A stretch of DNA of 63,919 nucleotides, the filler included, from Octopus bimaculoides (Eukaryota): assembly GCF_001194135.2 (NCBI RefSeq). It is 8 parts of 8 records of this genome, joined end to end, with 100 filler letters (N's around TTAATTAATTAA, not from the genome) between each part and the next. Parts side by side here need not be neighbours in the genome. Positions count along the whole stretch, not along the records: positions 44,475 to 59,502 come from NC_068990.1; positions 59,603 to 63,919 come from NC_069003.1; 6 more parts are not named here. One strand, 5' to 3'. Under the pieces are notes generated by a model, which did not search any database, was not told where the DNA came from, and saw only the letters and a list, made by a program, of their open reading frames with translations. Shown piece by piece: positions 52,140-63,366 of the stretch. The position numbers were made by a program, and so were the translations under genes. Positions within the stretch are counted from its first letter, which is position 1, and every line of letters starts with the position of its first letter.

Positions 52140-53720
52140 GTACAAAATATCTCAGCTTCTAAATACTATACTTGTGTCAGGGTATATTTGCTGTGGTGAT
52201 TGGGTTTTCTGTAGCATTGATATTGCTAATCAGTACAGTTTTTTTATCATCTTCAAATCAGATTCTACCTCCACAAATTTCAGTAACTTAGAGCACTCAG
52301 AACTTCCTTATACAGTAGTCATCCTCTATACACATTATATCCATACCAATACACTATATCTAATTCTCCTTATACCCAGTTTTCTTCTCAGTTCACTTGT
52401 GTTGCAGCATTCATGTAGGCAAGCATTAGACATCCATCTGAACATGCTCCCTCATTTCTTTCTAGTTACACAGGTCTTCTACATTCAAGGCACCTATCTC
52501 AGTACCATGCAGCATCAAAATTTTAACATTAAGTATCATACAATGTGTCCTTCATACTGAGGGAAAAAATTTTAGTTGCTAACAGAGATAAGAAACCCCT
52601 GAATTCTTTCCAGCCCTTTCTTACCTTATCTACTACACTTTCTGAAACTCTGCTAACTATGTCTCTTGAATAACTAAAACTACTGACTACTTCTAGTGAA
52701 TCTTCCAGGCATTTAGGAGAGTCTATTTTCAGTATACTCTTATTGTGTATTGCTCCAGTACAACTTAAACAAAGTTTGCCTTCTATATTGCTTGTGATTC
52801 CACTACACCTCACAAGTGTCCAAAGATTAGACTTGGTAGTGCATATGGAATTCTTACCTACTCCTTTTTCTGCAGATCATGCAAGGCCATTTCCCTGATC
52901 ATATTAGGGTCCTGTCTTCTTTCTTACTAATATCTTAACTAAGTTTATCCTGAGGCCTGTAGATTCTGGGGTTTGCTTTCAGACCTGGAATTTTTTCTAA
53001 AATTTCCACTACAGATTCAGCTAAAAGAACTAGATCATCAACAAATGGGAATACCCAAGGGTAGCCACTCTTCAACTCTTCTGTGATGGCCTAAAAGGTT
53101 ATGATGAATAGGAAAGGGTTGAAGGCTGAGCCTTAAACACATTGTTGACTCACTTAGTACACAACTGTATGGCCACCAATGCCATTTATCTTCTCTTAGT
53201 TGTCTTATTAACCACCAAATTACAAAGTGTTGCACCCCGTCAAAGTCCTCAAAATCAGCAAATACCAAGTATAATGGTTTACTCTCAGCTAAGGATTTCT
53301 TCTGTGGCTTACTAGAAAGATTGCACTTGTGGAACCTTTTCCAAGTACAAAACCAAACTGCAATTCATCTAGGATAATTCTGATCCTAATCAATTGTGCT
53401 GCAGCTCTCCCCATGACCTTCATAGCTCAGTCCAACAATTTGGTCCCTCTATAATTTCTTCTCTCTAAAGTATTTCCTCTGTCATTATAACTGTTTACAA
53501 TGATACTATTACTCCAGTCATTGAGTTTGACACTTTGTATTACTTGATTAACTGTCCAAGTGACTATCATACTAACTTCTTCTGTCCTACATACTAACAT
53601 CTTAGCTAAGTTTACTTTGAGGTTTTGCTTTCATGCCGGCAGTTTCTTCTCAAATGTCCACAATTAACTGGTGCTAACGGTTATCCCATTCTTTAATGAT
53701 GTCAGGCACCTGCCCCTTAG
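52140..53720 (-). mobile_element. RTE LINE, 5'-truncated RT region
   Basis: NYRGTKLLD; QFGFV...; LYLVFADFEDFDGV; LEVVSSFSYS...KGWKEFRGFLSLLATK...; heavily frameshifted. Confidence 0.85.
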
Positions 53721-53770
53721 GTTTGGTGAGTTGGTATATTGCCTGAATGCCCTGGACTCTCGATGTTCAA

Positions 53771-55060
53771 TCAGATCACTGACTTGAATTTAACTTGGGA
53801 AGATGCTAATTTGAGTTGCTTGGCACCTTGATGGCTCATCTCAGAGTTGATAGATCCCACACTGTGTTCTGAATTGAGATTGTGAAAGGGAACTCTCTCT
53901 AGTTTAACAAAGCTCCTGTTTGCCAGAGCATGGGAAGACTTTTTGATGATGTTTCCAAAACCAATCAGAACTCCCTTCCGGTTCTGGAAACCATCTACTA
54001 ACTTTGGAAGAAGCCTCAACAGTACTTTTAACACCGCTGGCTTCAACTCGGTTGCAATAGCATATATCTTCATCATAACTGGTTTTCCTGGAATCTACTA
54101 GAAGATATGAAATTGAGTGCAGGACCATGTACATTTAGCAATCGGTTTGGATCCACTGTGGAAAGGTCATGATGATAAGTTGTTTGAAAGCAGGTACAAG
54201 TTTTGAGTAGGTTGTGCTTGTTGAAGTTGTGAGTGAAAGGAATGGTTCGGCAAGGTGCAGTCCAATCAGCACTCCTGCGCAATACAAGACTTTGAGGAAC
54301 ACCAGGCCTATGGAACATCATATAATACAAGCCAGTTGGTTTGTAACATGCTTGTATTTCGCCAAATACAATGCCACATCATCTAGGTGATACAAAGTTA
54401 ATGCACAAGTCAAAGTGAGACAGTTAAAATGTTCATTCTTCAGGGCAACAGATTTATTAACCTGTGGTTGAATGTGCTTGTCAAATTCACCTACTTTGCT
54501 CCATGACTTGTGATCAAAATTATGATTGATTAATCTTGTTATGCAATCAAGAGCCTGTTCAGTGGACACTGGATGGGCTCGATGTTGCATTTATAAGAAA
54601 ACTTAGAATAAATTTTATCTTGTCCAATTGTATTCACAATGTCACTCCACTGTTTAGTTATTACTCAATTGAGCATAAGTGAAGGGTGCACATTGCAAAA
54701 TAGATGTTCAAGTATGTATTCTATGCTGAGATTTCCTGCTGCGATCTCTTCAACTTCAACATTGAGTGATGTTTGGCCGAAGATAACAAAATCAATTTTT
54801 TTTACAAATAGTGTTTTAACCAAGATATTACTTGCTGCTTCTAGTAGCGAAAGTACAGCCACTTTCAAATCAGCTAGGTTATTTCTTGTTTCTGATGCTA
54901 CAAGCAGAGTCGGCAGAGGTCCATGATAATTATCAATAGTCAACACCCGGACAGAGAAAGATCCAGCTCCCTGTTTTTTAGATCCATCATCAAAATAAGT
55001 AACAAGTGACTTTTTATTAGAACACTTCTAGAACTTGCAAACATACGAAATGACATAGAA
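53771..55060 (-). pseudogene. Decayed DDE DNA transposase with CxxH motif (hAT/P/Kolobok/MULE-type fold), family unassigned
   Basis: YFDDGSKKQGAGSFSV (candidate D1); KIDFVIFGQTSLN (decayed D2 region); HLFCNVHP (CxxH); FHNLNSEHSVGSIN (candidate E); spread over four broken frames. Confidence 0.65.
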
Positions 55061-55527
55061 TAAGCCGCCTATCCGATATACCATGCACTTTGTCTATCCA
55101 AATAGTGAATTTCCACCATCTTACAAAAGTTTTATTAGTTAGAATAAGCCTATTTTATATCAGTATATTTATTGGTAAATTAAAGTTATAGTTTTTATGT
55201 AGTTTCATTCAAAATTACGCATTATTTATATATATATATAAAGCTGAGAATATGTCTGTCCATCTGTCTGTCTGTATGTGTGCATCACTAAAACTCAAGA
55301 ACTACCCAACCAATTACATTCAAATTTTACACATGCCTGTGTCACGGGCCAAAACAATTTTCAACCTTGTAACTAATGTGAGCTTGGAGCAATCTCTTAT
55401 CTCTTACACTATTTCAGTATTATGTGTCAAAAATGAAACCATAACATCTCTATTGTCATGTGAGATACTTTCAGTATTAAAGTGAAACTATTATCTCACA
55501 TATATACATGCATATATATATATATAT

Positions 55528-56640
55528 ACTAGCTGGTGTACCCGGTAATTCCTGGAGGATAAAGATGTTCTATTGAAACGCCTTATTACTCTGATATAAG
55601 AAATCAATTTTGTTATAACTGCCACAAAAGGTGTATTTTCCATCACGAAAAAGTACAAAATACTCTCAGCTGGAGGAGGGAAGATTATTGGAGGTTGGCG
55701 CGAAAGATTGTTAGAGGTTGGTGAGAGAGGTTGTCGGAGGTTGGCAAGAGGCAAAGACATCATTCTGCTTTGTGAAGGCATCTGGGAAATGTATAATTGC
55801 TGTCATTCACAGCAAAAATATTGTTTTACTGTGAGAGAAGCGCTGTTGAAGTGTTCAGTGAAATTTGGCAATCGAGGATCGAATCTACGCTATGCCTGCA
55901 TGAAACCACTACAAATACATTGTGGAATAAAAAATTTATCTACTGTCATGGAAAAAGTGTAACTGTAGAAATGCAGAATTATCAGAGTAATGGGCATTCA
56001 AAAAAGTATGTATGTATAGAAATATATGAACGTAGTCTTTAATGTTTAAGATTCAAATTAAGGAAGTGCAATAATAATGTTTAGCAGTTCAAAACTGAGT
56101 AGTGAAATGCAGAATTAGGTCGGCTGATTGTGAGAATCAAATATTGATCGCTTCGCTAAAAACTGCAGGTGGTATGAGATATTTCCCTTTGGGTAGTTTA
56201 AATAAAATATTAGTAATATGTATTAGATAGGCGTATCCATTGAATTGACCCTTTTATCGATTTTTTTCAACAATCTAAGTATGTCACGAGGTTTCCAGAC
56301 ATGAGTTCTACTCACGTCTCAAATAAAGTAAAAAAAGTGATGTCTGCAAAAATTAGAAATTGGACACACATAATATCAATATTGAAAGTAATCGAACATA
56401 AACAATGAAATGGGTTATTTCCCTTGAGTGTTTTAAAAAAACAATTGGTTATATGAGGTAGATGTAAAGGTCTCTCCCAGGGGCCGTATTATTGATTTTT
56501 TCAACAATCTAAGTATTCACGATGTTTGCAGACATGAGATCTACTCATGTGTCAAGTTTCATCAAAATCAATAAAACAATTTAGGAGTTAGCTAACAACA
56601 CCATAAACAAACACACCGATTTTCCACATATGTAGTAGAT
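55528..56640. mobile_element. Possible Helitron/Helentron-derived (DINE-like) element with internal ~233-bp duplication
   Basis: Begins ACTAGCTGGTGTACCCGG; GATTTTTTTCAACAATCTAAGTAT...GACATGAG recurs at about 56261 and 56494; ends TAGTAGAT. A related head sits at about 55233-55380. Confidence 0.4.
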
Positions 56641-56704
56641 ACATAAATTTGCTTCTAATATAAGGATAATATTAATATACCTTTTAAGGTGAAAATTATT
56701 AACA

Positions 56705-56826
56705 ATTATAAATAAGGGCAAAACAAAAAAATTCTATGCCAATAGCTGAAAAAATAGACTTCATATCATCTAATGACATACATATTATGTGTGGTTAGAT
56801 GATTTTCTTTTGCCCTTAATTATAAT
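56705..56826. repeat. Small MITE-like inverted repeat
   Basis: 19-bp outer arms ATTATAAATAAGGGCAAAA/TTTTGCCCTTAATTATAAT (1 mismatch) plus an inner 9-bp pair ATCATCTAA/TTAGATGAT. Confidence 0.5.
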
Positions 56827-57014
56827 ATATATTATATGTATATATGCATGTATATTTGGGTATACTTATGTATATATATATAGAGAGATGTATATGTATA
56901 TATAAATATATATATTTATATGTATATATATTTTTCTATATATATGTGTATATATGTATGTATACATATATATATGTATATATATACATAAATATATATA
57001 TGTCTATATGTGTG

Positions 57015-57049
<35 letters not shown>

Positions 57050-57053
<4 letters not shown>

Positions 57054-57850
57054 CATCATCATTTAATGTCCGCTTTCCATGCTAGCATGGGTTGAATGGT
57101 TTGATAGAGGGCTGGCGAGCCAGAAGGCTGCATCAAGTCCAATCTGACCTGGCAAAGTTTCTACAGCTGGATACCATTCCTAGAGCCAACTACTCTGAGA
57201 GTGTAGTGGGTGCTTTTACGTGCCACTGGCATGAGGGCCAGTCATGCAGTACTGGCATGCCATCTGCACAGGAGCCAGCCTTGTGGCACTGGCAACAAAC
57301 ACACTCGAATGGTGCTTTTTAGTATGCCACTGGCATGAGAGCCACTCAGCAGCCCTGGCAATGATCATGCTCGAATGGTTTTTTCACGTTCCACTGACAC
57401 GGGTGCCAATCAGGCGGGACTGTCATCGGCCACAACAGTGATTTCACTTGCCTCAACAGGTCTTCACAAGCGTAGTTTATTGTCCAATGGTTGAAGGGTA
57501 CTCTTAAATGGGTTGGTTATACAGCACTGGCATAGGCCACAGTTATGGTCTCATTTAGCTTGTCGGTTCTTCGCAAGCACAACATACTTCCAAAGGTCTC
57601 AGTCACTTTTCATTGCCTCAGTGAGGCCCAATGTTCAAAGGTCATGCTTCACCACCTCATCCCAGGTCTTCCTGGGTCTACCTCTTACACAGGTTCCCNN
57701 NNNNNNNNCAGGTCTTCCTGGGTCTACCTCTTACACAGGTTCCCTCAACTGCTAGGGTGTGACAATTTTTCATACAGCTGTCCTCATCCATTCACAGCAC
57801 ATGACCACAGCAACGCAGTCATCTCTCTTGCACACCACATCTGATGCTCC
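57050..57850 (-). mobile_element. RTE LINE 3' end (ORF end, 3'UTR with tandem subrepeats, (ATG)n tail)
   Basis: Frameshifted [10 protein letters not shown]...GRPRKTWDEVVKHDL; tail ATCATCATCAT at about 57051. Confidence 0.85.
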
Positions 57851-57903
57851 TTATATATATATATGTATACACACACACACATATATATATATGTACATAT
57901 ATA

Positions 57904-57998
<95 letters not shown>

Positions 57999-59094
57999 NN
58001 NNNNNNNNNNNNNNNNNNNNNNNNNNNNNNNNNNNNNNNNNNNNNNNNNNNNNNNNNNNNNNNNNNNNNNNNNNNNNNNNNNNNNNNNNNNNNNNNNNNN
58101 NNNNNNNNNNNNNNNNNNNNNNNNNNNNNNNNNNNNNNNNNNNNNNNNNNNNNNNNNNNNNNNNNNNNNNNNNNNNNNNNNNNNNNNNNNNNNNNNNNNN
58201 NNNNNNNNNNNNNNNNNNNNNNNNNNNNNNNNNNNNNNNNNNNNNNNNNNNNNNNNNNNNNNNNNNNNNNNNNNNNNNNNNNNNNNNNNNNNNNNNNNNN
58301 NNNNNNNNNNNNNNNNNNNNNNNNNNNNNNNNNNNNNNNNNNNNNNNNNNNNNNNNNNNNNNNNNNNNNNNNNNNNNNNNNNNNNNNNNNNNNNNNNNNN
58401 NNNNNNNNNNNNNNNNNNNNNNNNNNNNNNNNNNNNNNNNNNNNNNNNNNNNNNNNNNNNNNNNNNNNNNNNNNNNNNNNNNNNNNNNNNNNNNNNNNNN
58501 NNNNNNNNNNNNNNNNNNNNNNNNNNNNNNNNNNNNNNNNNNNNNNNNNNNNNNNNNNNNNNNNNNNNNNNNNNNNNNNNNNNNNNNNNNNNNNNNNNNN
58601 NNNNNNNNNNNNNNNNNNNNNNNNNNNNNNNNNNNNNNNNNNNNNNNNNNNNNNNNNNNNNNNNNNNNNNNNNNNNNNNNNNNNNNNNGGAAGGGGGTGG
58701 GGTACAATATTCGGAAATTCCACTTAAATTCCTCTTAACTTCCAGGAAAATGAATATTTTTTCATGAAATTTTGTACAAATGTATCTTGAGGTATGTACA
58801 TTTCAAGCATGTAGGAATTTTGAAGGAAACAACTGCAGGTTATTTTTGAGAAGTGTTCCCCACTCGGTGGTGTTTCGGAGCAAGTCGTCCATATTTGTTT
58901 CATTTTTCTCTATTATGTGCTTATGTGCATCCTTAGATTTCTAATGAAGTAATAGGCAGTGAAGAGAAGCAGTCATAAGAAAACTTTTAACTACCCCTAT
59001 TCCTTTCTCTCCCCCTCTCTACCTCTTCCTCTCTCGCTCTCTCAAAAGCGTACACGTGCAAGTACACAACCTCTTTCGCTATTGCGATTTTCAC

Positions 59095-59208
59095 TAGGGT
59101 GTTAGGGTTAGGGTTTAGGATTAATGTTACGGTTACGTTTTTTAGGGTCAGGGTTAGGGTTAGGGTTTAGAGTTAGTGTTAGGATTAGTGTTAGGATTAG
59201 GGTTGGGT
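59095..59208 (+). repeat. Degenerate telomere-like (TTAGGG)n tract inside a dispersed repeat
   Basis: TTAGGG/TCAGGG/TTAGGA variants; shorter (CCCTAA)n at 43564-43585 and about 50536-50553. Confidence 0.75.
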
Positions 59209-59914
59209 AATTGTGCGGGTGTTAATCTGAAAAATTACAGATATGTGAAAAGTACCGACCCTGCCATCTATTATAACTTTTGTTGTTCTGTTTAATATAT
59301 ACATAGATTATGCCTCCAAAGAAGAGAGTTTGCTGGGGAAAGACAGCAACCAGTTTAAAATGACAGCCACAGACTGCAGCAATTCACCACATTCCAGTAG
59401 TTACTTTGAACATAATGCAAAATGGTGCATCAACACCTTCTGCCCAATCTGATAGAATTCTGGCAAAACTGTTTAGCAACAGATCGCCAGCAATTGCTTC
59501 ATNNNNNNNNNNNNNNNNNNNNNNNNNNNNNNNNNNNNNNNNNNNNTTAATTAATTAANNNNNNNNNNNNNNNNNNNNNNNNNNNNNNNNNNNNNNNNNN
59601 NNTGTAGAAATCGCCTATAAAAATGGCAAATTTTCGTCTTGAGTATAACCAGCTGAAATTGCAAGGATAATCTGAAAACTCCAAATGACCCGTCCTTGTT
59701 TTCTTTGTATCGTCTATCTGGATGTTTTGTTGTTCCTTTTTTGTATCACCTAACTGTCTGGATGTTTTGTGTTCTTGTCCCATTTTGTATTTTTTATATA
59801 TAAATATATATATATCATGGGGGAGAATGTACGAAAAAAAACAACAACGGACGAGGACAGGTGGTGTAAACAACAAAAGGATGTATTAGTTTGACACTCG
59901 GGAATATAGAAAGT

Positions 59915-59949
59915 CTTTAACGTTTTGAGCTATGCTCTTCAACAGAAAG
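59915..59949 (-). ncRNA. Hammerhead-like motif, variant core CTGTTGA (copy 4, G12 mutated)
   Basis: Minus strand CTTT-CTGTTGA-A-GAGC[ATA]GCTC-AAAA-CG-TT-AAAG. Confidence 0.4.
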
Positions 59950-60000
59950 AATACGGAGAAAACAAGGAGAAGAAAAATTGAATGGTGTTTGGTCAACAAT

Positions 60001-60425
60001 CTATCATCATCATCATCGTTTAACATCTGCTTTCTACGCTAGCATGGGTTGGACGATTTGACTGAGGACTGGCGAACTAGATGGCTGCACCAGGCTCCAA
60101 TCTGATCTGGCAGAGTTTCTACGGCTGGATGCCCTTCCCAACGCCAACCACTCCGAGAGTGTAGTGGGTGCTTTTACATGCCACTTGCACGAGGGCCAGT
60201 CAAGCGGTACTGGCAACGGCCACGTTCAAATGGTGCTTTTTACGTGCCACCTGCACAGGAGCTAGTCCAGTGGCACTGACAACGACCTCACTCAAATGTT
60301 TTTTCACGTGCCAGTAAGGCAACGCTGGTAACGATCACGCTCAAATGGTGCTTTTTACATGCCAGACAGATGCTCTGGCAATGATCAAGCTCGGATGGTG
60401 CTGTTAGCCCTCCACTAGCACAGGT
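60001..60425 (-). mobile_element. RTE LINE 3'UTR fragment
   Basis: Homologous to 57050-57450; (CAT)n tail; repeated GGTGCTTTTTACRTGCCA units. Confidence 0.85.
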
Positions 60426-60431
60426 TAGACA

Positions 60432-61245
60432 TACATGCAGGAAGAGTGAAGCTGCTTGGCAAAGATTGACCTTGAACCCTGCTGTGCATGTGCACTAACT
60501 TTTAACATTCTGGCTCACTTCCACTGTTTGCAGCAGTGCTTGGAGGAAAGTGTGTAGCATGTGGTCGTCGTATTGACTATGACAGAGTAAGTTGTCATGG
60601 TAATACCAACTCAGAGGGCTACACAAAGTTGCAGAAAGTGTATGGAGAGAAGTGTATGAGTGGTTGAGATGTTTCCAAGATGGCCGAAAAATGTCAATAT
60701 TGACGAACATTCTGGGAGAACCGCAACCAGCAGAGCTGAGAAAAGCATCACAGATGTGCGTGCAGCTGAGAGAGTAAATCATTGCATCACCATCCATGAG
60801 TTATCAGAGGATGTGCAGATTAGTTACAGTTCACTTCAGTCCATTATCACTGAAGATTTGGGTATGAGACAGGTGTCTGCCAAAACTGCTTTCAGCTGAC
60901 CAAAGAGACACTCAGGTTTCAGTTGTACAAGATCTTGATTGTGTTGAGAACAATGAAAACTCTTTGAAAACTTTGCAGAGGTCTCTGAGCAGGTATTGCC
61001 AAGATTTTGGCAAAATTTGATGCAAATTCTCTGCTCAACTTACCCTTTCATGGTCAATATGTCGATCACACACTACACACCTTCCTTCCAAGCACTGCTG
61101 CAAATAGCTGAAGTGAGCTTGAACATTAAAATTTAGTGGGCATGCATGGTAGAGTTCAAGGTCAATCTGTGTCAAGTGGCTTCTCTCTGTGTACTTTAGC
61201 TTCGTTACTATGGCAACAGTCCAGATACTTATTGATCAGACCGCA
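60432..61245 (+). mobile_element. Non-autonomous mariner derivative with long terminal inverted arms
   Basis: Centre encodes the HTH region (DEHSGRTATS...ITIHELSEDVQISYSSLQSIITEDLGMRQVSAK); about 60975-61245 is an inverted copy of the 5' end; TA at 61246-47. Confidence 0.8.
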
Positions 61246-61355
61246 TATATTATAATGGAGAGAGCTGCTTATTAATTAAGTATGTCATAGTTACTAAAAG
61301 AAGGCAACTATTAAAGGCTTGAGGATCTGGAAATATTTTTATAAGAAATTTTCTG

Positions 61356-61423
61356 TAATTTCTGAAAAACTTGTACTTCAAATATTCAGTAGAATATTGG
61401 AAGTACAAGTTTTTAACAAATTA
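61356..61423. repeat. ~32-bp-stem hairpin
   Basis: 61365-61387 pairs with 61392-61414 (1 mismatch, 4-nt loop); further pairing TAATTT/AAATTA. Confidence 0.8.
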
Positions 61424-62653
61424 TTCTTTGCATTCACTGTGAAGTAGATTTTAATGTTTAATATTAATTCATTGCAGGCAAAATTTTCCTTTTTCATTTG
61501 CAAGTTTCTCATTCTCTCTTGCCTCTGTTTTCATTAATGATAATTCAATATATATTCATTTCAATGTTTTCATTTCAAGTCTTAATTCACTACTTGAAAA
61601 ACCCACAGTTTATTCTATATATGTAATGTAAAAAAATTATTTATTCAATGAATGCTATTAGACAAAATAGCTGTATAACTTTGATATGAGGCACAATTTC
61701 ATGAATAATATGTTTCCGGAGTTTGTTAAATGAATATTTTTGATAAAATGAAAATTTTTTAATATACTGGTTTATTTAAAAAAAAAAAAAAATTATGAAG
61801 TGGTTTTATTGGTATGGCTGTTAGGAATACTATAAGCCTTACAACAATAACTATGTGATCACTGCTATTTGTAGCATGCTAAATGTGGTGCAGTTACCTT
61901 GAAGTTTGTTTAAATTAGTGACATATTACAACTACAATAAATTACTGAAAGAAATATTTATTAAGCAAGTGAGATTTTTTATAAATTGAAGTTTTCAGGA
62001 AAATTTACTTTCTGAACTTCCTTTTATTGTTGACTATTTCATGTTCACAAATTCAAATATTTGGTACAATATAGTTTTAAATGAGCTTTTATTAATATGA
62101 CTTTTTCATTTCGTGTTTACTTCATTCATTGTTTGTAAGTTTGTAATGTTCTCTCTCCCACACACACATGTGACTTATTTCCTTTCTGTTGTTATTTTAG
62201 AATTATCAAGTGAATTTGTTGCTATGGCTACTTGATACGCTATAGGTATTAAAATATCTCGATGTGATCACTGCTATTTTTTGGCAGGGCATCTTTTGGT
62301 TGTTGACTCAGAAATATCAAAATGAACAGTTGGTTTTTATTTATCCACATTTGTTTTAATGGGAAAGAGAGGAGAAAGTGAAAGATGTATGTGTATATGA
62401 AATGGACGTGTGTGTGTGTGTGTTGTGTGTACGAGAGAGTGAGCGAAGAGGTGTGTTATCATATATACATACATGAATATGCATACAGCTTTTTGCATGT
62501 GTGCGTATGTGTATGAGAGAAAGAGAGTGAGTGCCACTTAGACATCACTCTCTCTCTCTCTCTGTCTCACACACACATACATACATACATACAAAAAAGA
62601 TGTATGCATATGTATTTATGAATGTATGTATACATGACAAAACATCCCTTCAC

Positions 62654-62706
<53 letters not shown>

Positions 62707-63292
62707 AGTCCATTTCATATACATGTACATTCATCTTGCACTTTCTCCTCTCTTTCACTTTAAAACAAAAGTAAATAAAAAAAAAAAATATGGAAATTAA
62801 CGAACAACAATGACATACAAGTCAAAATGAAAGATTTGCTTCCTGCACACTATATGTACTTGGACTACTTTGATGATTGTTTAAAAAAAAGAGAGATTAT
62901 GACTGTTATAAAATAATGAAAGCAATATTTACTAAGCAAGAGAGCACTATTATACAAAGAAATAATGAGAAGTAAAATATCATAAAAATTATTAGAATTG
63001 GGAATCAAATGTGAAAATATTATCAAGTGGCTTGCACAAGCTGCCTAGAGGGTGGTCTTTCTGCTAGTATATATAATGTACTTTCCATTTTCCCTCATTT
63101 TAGTCCATTTTTCCATGCTTGCCTTTTCTTAGTCAATCCCTTATTTCCATTTCCAAGTAAAGGATAACATATTTTACTGATTTCATCTATATAAAAAACG
63201 TAAAGAAATATATGCATGCACTCACACATGTGTGTATATATGTACATGCATAGGTGTATAAACATGTATGCATATGTGTGTGTGTGTGTGTG

Positions 63293-63351
<59 letters not shown>

Positions 63352-63366
63352 ATTAATATTATTATA

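Noticed and set aside
57663-57744. 36-bp direct repeat in the RTE ORF end
   Set aside because: The copies flank a 10-N gap, so this is an unmerged contig overlap.
9443-59558. Seven identical TTAATTAATTAA motifs that look like a regularly repeated signal
   Set aside because: Each sits in the middle of an N run; this is an artificial scaffolding marker.
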